Part shown: piece by piece, positions 7,316 through 13,346 of the stretch | Layout: each line of letters starts with the position of its first letter | Position numbering within the stretch: the stretch's first letter is position 1 | Assembly: GCF_042660085.1 (NCBI RefSeq) | Contig: NZ_JBHSTI010000033.1 | Span: 1 to 16,550 of the forward strand | Origin: Longivirga aurantiaca | Lineage (GTDB): Bacteria > Actinomycetota > Actinomycetes > S36-B12 > CAIYMF01 | Direction: 5' to 3' | DNA length: 16,550 nt | Made by a program: the position numbers and the translations under genes | The notes under the pieces: generated by a model | What the model was told of the DNA's origin: nothing | The model's input: the letters and a program-made list of their open reading frames with translations, nothing else | Database searches by the model: none

Positions 7316-7362
7316 CTGATCGATCCGTCGCTTCCCGGGCCGGGAGGCGACGGATCGATCAG
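7316..7362. repeat. 47-bp near-perfect palindrome (23-nt arms) between DGPF gene 2 and the sigma gene
   Basis: CTGATCGATCCGTCGCTTCCCGG (7316-7338) pairs with CCGGGAGGCGACGGATCGATCAG (7340-7362). Every position pairs except 7332/7346, which is T opposite G (a U-G wobble in the plus-strand RNA only). It starts 33 nt after the stop at 7283 and ends 13 nt before the GTG at 7375. Confidence 0.85.
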
Positions 7363-7374
7363 GGTGAGCAGGGG

Positions 7375-8637
7375 GTGAGGGTGGACGGAGCAGAGGTCGA
7401 GCGGGTCTTCCGCGCCGACTACGGCCGCGCGGTCGCCACCCTCGCACGCCTCGTCGGCGACATCGGCCTCGCCGAGGAGGCCGTGCAGGAGGCCTTCGCC
7501 ATCGCGCTCGAGCGCTGGCCGCGCGACGGCGTCCCGCCGAGCCCGACCGGCTGGATCGTCACCACCGCGCGCAACCGCGCGATCGACCGCGCCCGCCGCG
7601 AGGCCCTACGCGACGACAAGCACGCCGAGGCCGTCGCCCTCGCCGAGCAGCTGCGCCCCGACGAGCCCGAGGAGGTCGGCCCCGTGCGCGACGACCGCCT
7701 GCGCCTCGTGTTCACGTGCTGCCACCCGGCGCTCGCACCGGAGGCGCGCGTCGCGCTCACGCTGCGCCTGATCGCCGGGCTGCAGACCGCGCAGATCGCC
7801 CGGGCGTTCCTCGTGAGCGAGACGACGATGGCGCAACGCCTCGTCCGAGCGAAGAACAAGATCCGCGCCGCGCGCATCCCCTACCGCGTGCCCGCAGAGC
7901 ACGACCTCCCCGACCGGCTCACGCCCGTGCTCGCCGTCGTCTACCTCGTCTTCAACGAGGGCTACCTGTCGAGCGACGGCGAGAACGCCGAGCGCGCCGA
8001 CCTCGTCGAGGAGTCGGTGCGGCTCGCGCGCCTGCTCGTCGAGCTCATGCCCGACGAGCCCGAGGCGCTCGGCCTCCTCGCCCTTCTGCTGCTCACGCTG
8101 GCTCGGCGTCCGGCGCGGTTCGACGACGCCGGCGACCTCGTGCTGCTGCCGGATCAGGACCGCTCGCTCTGGGACGCGGCTCTGGTGCAGGAGGGGCAGG
8201 ACCTCGTCCGGAAGTGCTTGCGCCGCAATGCACCTGGGCCCTACCAGCTGCAGGCCGCGATCTCGGCGGTCCACTCCGACGCCGCCTCCGCCGAGTCCAC
8301 CGACTGGGCGCAGATCGTCGCGCTCTACGACCATCTCCTCGCCGTCGCGCCGTCGCCGGTGGTGGCGCTCAACCGAGCGGTCGCGGTCGCCGAGCTGCGC
8401 GGCCCGGTCGAGGGGCTGGCGCTCGTCGACGCGCTCGACCTCGACGGCTACCACCTCGCGCATGCGGTCCGCGCCGAGCTCCTGCGTCGTACGGGCGACG
8501 ACGCCGGCGCGCGGACGGCGTACGACCGGGCCCTCGGACTGGTGACGAACCCGGCCGAGCGCCGCCACCTCGAGCGCCGCATCGCCACCCTCACCGCCGA
8601 TCAGATCCTCGAGTTACTGCCCAAAAGGTCGCTCTGA
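7375..8637 (+). CDS. ECF-type sigma-70 family factor with a long C-terminal TPR-like extension (ECF42-type), 420 aa
   Basis: Region 2 (GWIVTTARNRAIDRARR) and the region 4 HTH (LQTAQIARAFLVSETTMAQRLVRAKNKIR) are followed by an extension of about 230 aa containing VYLVFNEGY and GPYQLQAAISAVH. These are typical of the sigma factors found next to DGPF/YciI genes. The start is GTG at 7375 or 7381. Confidence 0.85.
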   Translation: MRVDGAEVERVFRADYGRAVATLARLVGDIGLAEEAVQEAFAIALERWPRDGVPPSPTGWIVTTARNRAIDRARREALRDDKHAEAVALAEQLRPDEPEEVGPVRDDRLRLVFTCCHPALAPEARVALTLRLIAGLQTAQIARAFLVSETTMAQRLVRAKNKIRAARIPYRVPAEHDLPDRLTPVLAVVYLVFNEGYLSSDGENAERADLVEESVRLARLLVELMPDEPEALGLLALLLLTLARRPARFDDAGDLVLLPDQDRSLWDAALVQEGQDLVRKCLRRNAPGPYQLQAAISAVHSDAASAESTDWAQIVALYDHLLAVAPSPVVALNRAVAVAELRGPVEGLALVDALDLDGYHLAHAVRAELLRRTGDDAGARTAYDRALGLVTNPAERRHLERRIATLTADQILELLPKRSL

Positions 8638-8670
8638 GGAGCCTCACAGCGACCTTTTGGGCAGTAACTC
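8611..8670. repeat. 60-bp near-perfect palindrome (29-nt arms, 28 of 29 complementary), locally AT-richer, overlapping the 3' end of the sigma gene
   Basis: GAGTTACTGCCCAAAAGGTCGCTCTGAGG (8611-8639), then AG, then CCTCACAGCGACCTTTTGGGCAGTAACTC (8642-8670). The only mismatch is 8634/8647. The left arm encodes the last 8 codons and the TGA (8635-8637) of the sigma gene. The right arm ends 15 nt before the stop of the convergent acyl-CoA ligase gene (8686). Confidence 0.9.
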
Positions 8671-8685
8671 GCGCACGGGGCGGGG

Positions 8686-10386
8686 TCAGGTGCGGCGGTC
8701 GGGGTGCGACTCGAGGATCTTGCGGACGTCGCGGTGCAGCACCTTGCCGATCAGCGAGCGCGGCAGCTCGTCGAGCACGAACACCTGGCGCGGCACCTTG
8801 TAGCCGGTGAGCGACTCGCGCACCGCCTCCCGCACCGCGGCGGGATCGAGCACGGCGAAGCCCTCGGCCACGACCGCCGCCACGACCGTCTCGCCGCCCG
8901 TGTCGTTGGGCAGGCCCACGGCCGCGGCGTCGGCGACACCGGGCACGCGCCGGAGCGCCTCCTCGACCTCGGACGGGTACACGTTGAACCCGCCCGTGAT
9001 GATGAGCTCCTTGATCCGGTCGACCACGGTGACGAAGCCGTCGTCGTCCATCACGACGATGTCGCCGGTGCGGATCCAACCACCCTCGAGCAACGTCTTC
9101 GCGGTGTCCTCGGGGCGGTTCCAGTAGCCGCTCATCACCTGCGGGCCGCGCACGAGCAGCTCGCCCGGCTCGTCGGTCGCGACGTCGTGCGTCGGGTCGT
9201 TCGGGTCGACCACGCGCACCTCGGTCGAGGGGAACGGCACACCGACCGAGCCCGGCCGGCGCGTGCCGCCGGCCGGGTTCCCGAGGGTCACCGGCGACGT
9301 CTCGGTCATGCCGTAGCCCTCGACGAGCAGGCCGCCCGTCACCGACTCCCACTGCTCGACCGTCGCCGGCGGCAGCGACATCGCACCGGAGATGCCGTAG
9401 CGGATCGTGCTGAGGTCGACCCCGCGCTTCACGGACGCCTCGGCAAGTGCTTGGTACACAGGCGGAACCGCGGGCAGGAACGTCGCCGGCCGACGTACGG
9501 ACGCCTCGAGCACCTGGTCGACGTCGAACCGCGGGAACAGCACGAGCACGGCGCCGATGGAGATCGTGAACGTCAGGCACAGCGTCAGTCCGTACGCGTG
9601 GAAGAGCGGCAGGACGCCGTACACGACCTCCTGGCCGTCCTTCAGGCCGGGCATCCACGCGCGGCCCTGCGCGGCGTTCGACCGCAGGTTGCGGTGCGTC
9701 AGCATCGCGCCCTTGGGGGCACCCGTCGTGCCGCCGGTGTACTGCAGCAGCGCGAGGTCGTCGGCCGAGGGCTTGGGATGGTCGGCGGCCAACGGCGTCG
9801 CCACCTTGAGAAGGCGGTCCCACGTCAGCGTCCCCGGCGCGGGTGCCGTCATCGCCGCGCGCGTCTCGCGCGCCTTCTTCACGGGCAGCATGAGCATGAG
9901 CCGCTGCTTGCGCGGCAGAGCCGTCGTGATGTCGACCGCGATGATCGTGCGCAGGGGCGAGGTCTCCGCGACCTTCTGCAGGGTCCCGGCCACCTTGTCC
10001 CAGGCGATGGCCACCTCGGCCCCGTGGTCGTCGAACTGGTGCTGCAGCTCCTCGCGCGTGTAGAGCGGGTTGTGCTCGACGACGACCGCGCCGAGCCGCA
10101 GCGCGGCGTAGAACGCCACCACGTGCTGCGGGCAGTTGGGCATCACGAGAGCCACGCGATCGCCGCGCCGTACGCCGAGACCGAGCAGGACGTTGGCCAT
10201 GCGCACGACCTGGTCGCCGAGCTCGCGGTACGTCGTCGTGGCGCCGTAGAAGTCGAGCGCCACGAGGTCGGCGAAGCGTGTCACCGACGTCGCGAGCAGG
10301 TCCGCGAGCGACTCGTCGCTGACGTCGATCTCGGCGGGGACGCCCGGCGCGTACTGGGCGAGCCAGGGGCGGTCTGGGGTGCTCAC
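8686..10386 (-). CDS. fadD: Long-chain fatty-acid--CoA ligase (AMP-forming acyl-CoA synthetase), 566 aa
   Basis: A GTG at 10386 is preceded by GAGGAG 5 nt upstream. Adenylate-forming signatures are present: YTGGTTGAPKGAMLTHRN, GYGMTE, TGDIVVMDDDGFVTVVDRIKE and a C-terminal SLIGKV. The 909-aa track ORF is an artefactual upstream extension. Confidence 0.85.
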   Translation of the reverse strand: MSTPDRPWLAQYAPGVPAEIDVSDESLADLLATSVTRFADLVALDFYGATTTYRELGDQVVRMANVLLGLGVRRGDRVALVMPNCPQHVVAFYAALRLGAVVVEHNPLYTREELQHQFDDHGAEVAIAWDKVAGTLQKVAETSPLRTIIAVDITTALPRKQRLMLMLPVKKARETRAAMTAPAPGTLTWDRLLKVATPLAADHPKPSADDLALLQYTGGTTGAPKGAMLTHRNLRSNAAQGRAWMPGLKDGQEVVYGVLPLFHAYGLTLCLTFTISIGAVLVLFPRFDVDQVLEASVRRPATFLPAVPPVYQALAEASVKRGVDLSTIRYGISGAMSLPPATVEQWESVTGGLLVEGYGMTETSPVTLGNPAGGTRRPGSVGVPFPSTEVRVVDPNDPTHDVATDEPGELLVRGPQVMSGYWNRPEDTAKTLLEGGWIRTGDIVVMDDDGFVTVVDRIKELIITGGFNVYPSEVEEALRRVPGVADAAAVGLPNDTGGETVVAAVVAEGFAVLDPAAVREAVRESLTGYKVPRQVFVLDELPRSLIGKVLHRDVRKILESHPDRRT

Positions 10387-10485
10387 GATGACTCCTCGGG
10401 TCGACGTGCCCACCCTCCCACCTGCGCGCACCGGAGGAGGGACGGGGCGGTGGCCGCCTCGGGGTCCGCTCGCTACCGTGGCGCC

Positions 10486-10692
10486 ATGGCGGAGCAGGTG
10501 AAGGGCCCGGCGTCGTACTTCCCCTCGATCGAGAAGAAGTACGGCCAGCCGATCAGCCACTGGATGGACGAGCTGGCCACGGTCGCCGGCGAGCCGCACA
10601 TGAAGCAGGTCGAGTTCCTGAAGACCGAGCACGGTCTCGGCCACGGGCACGCGAACGCCCTCGTCGCGGCGTACCGCGCCGACCACGCCTAG
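10486..10692 (+). CDS. DUF4287-like small protein, 68 aa
   Basis: ATG at 10486. SYFPSIEKKYG...HGLGHGHANALVA resembles the DUF4287 family as I remember it. This is the last 68 codons of track ORF 8704-10692, the rest of which is antisense to the ligase gene. Confidence 0.65.
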   Translation: MAEQVKGPASYFPSIEKKYGQPISHWMDELATVAGEPHMKQVEFLKTEHGLGHGHANALVAAYRADHA

Positions 10693-10752
10693 GTCGCCGA
10701 CTCGCAGATGTAACGCGGCGCGGCACCCGTCAGCCATGCGCGACCCCCGGGC

Positions 10753-11487
10753 GTGGGGCAGGATCGGCCCGTGCGGATCCTGGCGGTGTCGGACCTGCAC
10801 TACCGCCTGCCCCACTACGACTGGCTCGTGAACGCCGCCGACGGCGTCGACGTCGTCGCGCTGGTGGGCGATCTCGCCGATGTCGTCAGCCCCGTGCCCC
10901 TCGGCGTCCAGACGGTCGTGCTGGAGAAGTACCTCGGTCTGCTCGCCGACAGGGCGGTCGTGCTGGCGTCGTCGGGCAACCACGACCTCGACGGCCCCGG
11001 CGAGCACGGCGAGCAGGTCGCCTCCTGGCTGCGCTCGGCCGGTGGCGGCAACGTGCACACCGACGGCATGTCCGTCGACATCGGCGACACCCGGTTCACG
11101 ATCTGCCCCTGGTGGGACGGCCCCGTGTCGCGCGACGCCGTCGCCGCGCAGATCGCGGCCGCCGCGGTCGATCGCCCCGCGCGCTGGGTGTGGCTCTACC
11201 ACTCGCCGCCCGCCGGTACGCCGCTGTGCAAGGACGGCCGCCGCGAGTTCCCCGACCACGAGCTCGCCGCGTGGATCGAGGAGCACTCGCCGGACCTCGT
11301 GCTGTGCGGCCACATCCACCAGGCGCCGTGGATCGAGGGCGGCACCTGGCACGCCGAGCTCGGCAGCACCAAGGTCTTCAACGCGGGCAAGCAGCCGGGC
11401 AAGGTGCCGCCGCACATCACGTTCGACCTCGAGGCGGGCACCGCGGAGTGGTTCGGCGTCTACGACGTCGAGACGATCACGCTCTAG
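10753..11487 (+). CDS. Calcineurin-like metallophosphoesterase, about 238-244 aa
   Basis: The metal-binding motifs occur in order: AVSDLH, GDLAD, GNHD and CGHIH. The start is GTG at 10753 or, more likely, GTG at 10771, which has GGCAGGA upstream. Confidence 0.8.
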   Translation: MGQDRPVRILAVSDLHYRLPHYDWLVNAADGVDVVALVGDLADVVSPVPLGVQTVVLEKYLGLLADRAVVLASSGNHDLDGPGEHGEQVASWLRSAGGGNVHTDGMSVDIGDTRFTICPWWDGPVSRDAVAAQIAAAAVDRPARWVWLYHSPPAGTPLCKDGRREFPDHELAAWIEEHSPDLVLCGHIHQAPWIEGGTWHAELGSTKVFNAGKQPGKVPPHITFDLEAGTAEWFGVYDVETITL

Positions 11488-11496
11488 ACCCTCGGC

Positions 11497-11988
11497 TCAG
11501 TGGACGTGGTCGCCCTCGGGGTCGCGCGCGGACCCCGTGCGGATCTCGGGCGCCTGGTGGTTCACGAGCGTGTCGAGGATGCCCTCGACCATGCCGAGGT
11601 GGCCCTCGAGCTCGGCGAACTGGCCCTTCACGTCCACGAGGTACTGCGTGAGGCCGTCGAGCCGGCTGGCCGTCGTACGCAGCACCGCGAGGGCGGCACC
11701 GGGGTTCACGGTGAGGAACCCCTCGGCGTCATCGGCCACGTGCACCTCGACGTCGGTCTCCGCGCGCACCGTGGCGGTGGCCGGCTTGCGCAGGACGACG
11801 GCCATCTCGCCGAAGACCGCGCCGGGCGACTCGATCCGCGCGAACGAGACGCCGTCGCGCTCGATCGTGACGCTGCCCGACTTCAGCACGTAGAGGCGAC
11901 CGGGGTCGGTGCCCTCCTGGATGAGCGCCGCGCCCGCGGGCACCGTCTCCACAGGCAGTCGCGACGCGAGCGAGAGCAGGTCGGCCAT
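11497..11988 (-). CDS. Stand-alone cyclic-nucleotide-binding domain protein, 163 aa
   Basis: A phosphate-binding-cassette-like segment, FGEMAVVLRKPATATVRA, sits inside a predicted beta-roll (GRLYVLKSGSV...). The roughly 55-aa C-terminal tail has no recognisable HTH. Confidence 0.75.
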   Translation of the reverse strand: MADLLSLASRLPVETVPAGAALIQEGTDPGRLYVLKSGSVTIERDGVSFARIESPGAVFGEMAVVLRKPATATVRAETDVEVHVADDAEGFLTVNPGAALAVLRTTASRLDGLTQYLVDVKGQFAELEGHLGMVEGILDTLVNHQAPEIRTGSARDPEGDHVH

Positions 11989-12062
11989 AGCCTCAGTGTG
12001 CCCGACTCGTGTTACGTGCGAGCGACGAACCCGCGCGACCTCGCCGTACGCCGGGGGTGCGA

Positions 12063-12911
12063 TCAGCCGCGCGGGCCCAGCGCCTCAATCTCGGCCACGA
12101 TCGCGTCGGCGGCCTCCCAGTTGACCGTGTGCCCTGCCCCGGGCACGCGGACGAGCCGTGACCCGGCGATGCCCGCGTGGAGGTCGTCGGTGTGGAACGG
12201 CGGTGTGGTCTTGTCCTTGGACCCGACGAGGATCGTGCAGGGCAGCGAGATGCGCGCGAGGTCCGGGTAGCGGTTCTCCTGCACCATCGCCTCGAGGATC
12301 GGGACGAGCGCCCCGAGCTTCTGGGCACGGAACATCGTCAGGAACGACTCGACCATCGCATCGGTCCTGCTGTCGCCCATGAGGGTGCGCGCGAAGGGCT
12401 TTCCGACGAGGTCGGAGGCCACGAGCTTGGGCAGGATGCCCGAGCGGATGAGCGGGATCTGCATCTTGTTCTGCGCGTTGTCGCGGTTGACGTCGCCGGC
12501 GAAGGTCGCCACGAGCATCGCGCCCCGCAGTCGCTGCGCGACGACGTCCGGATTCTCGACGAGGAACCGGATGCCGACGAAGCCGCCCATCGAGTGCATC
12601 ACGAGCACGCCGTCGGTCACGTCGTACGCCTCGAGCACGGCGGTGTAGTCGCCCGCCATCTGCTTGCTGCCCACGCCGTCCGACCCGATGGTCGTGCGCC
12701 CGTGGCCGCGCTGGTCGAAGGCCACCACGCGGTATCCCCGTTCGACCAGGTCGGACGCGATCACGTTCCACTCGTCGGAGCTGATCGCGAAGCCGTGCGC
12801 CAGCACGACGACTGGCCCCTCGCCCGCGCTCACGGTGTGGATGCTGGTGCCGTCCGCGGTCGTCACCACGCGCACCTCCCCCTGCAGGGGCTCGCGTACG
12901 TCGACAGTCAT
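12063..12911 (-). CDS. Alpha/beta-fold hydrolase, 282 aa
   Basis: The oxyanion-hole segment VVLAHGF, the nucleophile elbow HSMGG, and GAGH near the C-terminus supplying the catalytic His. Confidence 0.8.
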   Translation of the reverse strand: MTVDVREPLQGEVRVVTTADGTSIHTVSAGEGPVVVLAHGFAISSDEWNVIASDLVERGYRVVAFDQRGHGRTTIGSDGVGSKQMAGDYTAVLEAYDVTDGVLVMHSMGGFVGIRFLVENPDVVAQRLRGAMLVATFAGDVNRDNAQNKMQIPLIRSGILPKLVASDLVGKPFARTLMGDSRTDAMVESFLTMFRAQKLGALVPILEAMVQENRYPDLARISLPCTILVGSKDKTTPPFHTDDLHAGIAGSRLVRVPGAGHTVNWEAADAIVAEIEALGPRG

Positions 12912-13050
12912 GTCGGAACGGTAGAGACGCGTCGGCCTCCGCGGGGCTCGAACCCGGAATCAGGGCCCGACGCGGCTGAGGATTGGGCCGACCGGAATGC
13001 GGGTACACCCCCCGGGTCGCGACCGGCGCGACGCCGCAGGAGGGACCGCG

Positions 13051-13227
13051 ATGTCCGACGAGCAGATCATCCCCAGCACCGACGAGCCCGACCCCGGCAC
13101 GCGCGACGGCGTGGGCGAGCGCGTGGAGCACGGCCTCGGAAGCGACGGCGTGCAGCGCATGGAGGGCGAGTTCGGCGACCTCGAGAGCGACGCCCCGACG
13201 CTCGCCGACGACGACCCCACGTCCTAG
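13051..13227 (+). CDS. Small, highly acidic hypothetical protein, 58 aa
   Basis: The ATG at 13051 is preceded by GCAGGAGGGA at 13037-13046. Third codon positions are almost exclusively G or C (one exception by eye). The composition is rich in Asp, Glu, Gly and Pro and looks disordered. I recognise no homology. Confidence 0.55.
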   Translation: MSDEQIIPSTDEPDPGTRDGVGERVEHGLGSDGVQRMEGEFGDLESDAPTLADDDPTS

Positions 13228-13346
13228 CGGGCAGCGTTCGTGCAGGTCATGACGGCGACGTCCGGTTGGGCGCACGCTCGTTGCCCGGTGTGACGACCGC
13301 GTGAAACGCTCGACCCCCTTGCTCGGCATGGCGAGGTCGAGGGGGC

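Noticed and set aside
7606-8810. ORFs 7716-8810 (plus, 364 aa) and 7606-8568 (minus, 320 aa) overlapping the sigma gene
   Set aside because: These are alternative frames of the sigma gene. The products are Arg/Ala/Pro-rich without motifs, whereas the 7375-8637 frame carries sigma-2 and sigma-4 signatures.
10387-10485. GTCGAC box at 10402-10407 in the ligase / DUF4287 divergent region, considered as a fourth ECF-type promoter
   Set aside because: The -35-like hexamer is GTCGAC, not GTCGAA. No TCGTNCAG box follows at the 15-nt spacing, and there is no GAGGG block.
10387-11415. Upstream extension of the 909-aa minus-strand ORF (8686-11415)
   Set aside because: The acyl-CoA ligase homology begins at VSTPDRPW, and there is a GAGGAG SD before the GTG at 10386. 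The extension is antisense to the DUF4287 and metallophosphoesterase genes and is not protein-like.
12931-12960. tRNA-like T-loop string (minus strand GGGTTCGAGCCCC), possibly a tRNA gene or an att-site remnant
   Set aside because: I could not build a 5-bp T-stem. No matching acceptor 5' strand, D-arm or anticodon arm exists in the about 75 nt upstream on the minus strand. No integrase or other mobile-element gene is nearby. It is most likely chance similarity within a divergent promoter region.
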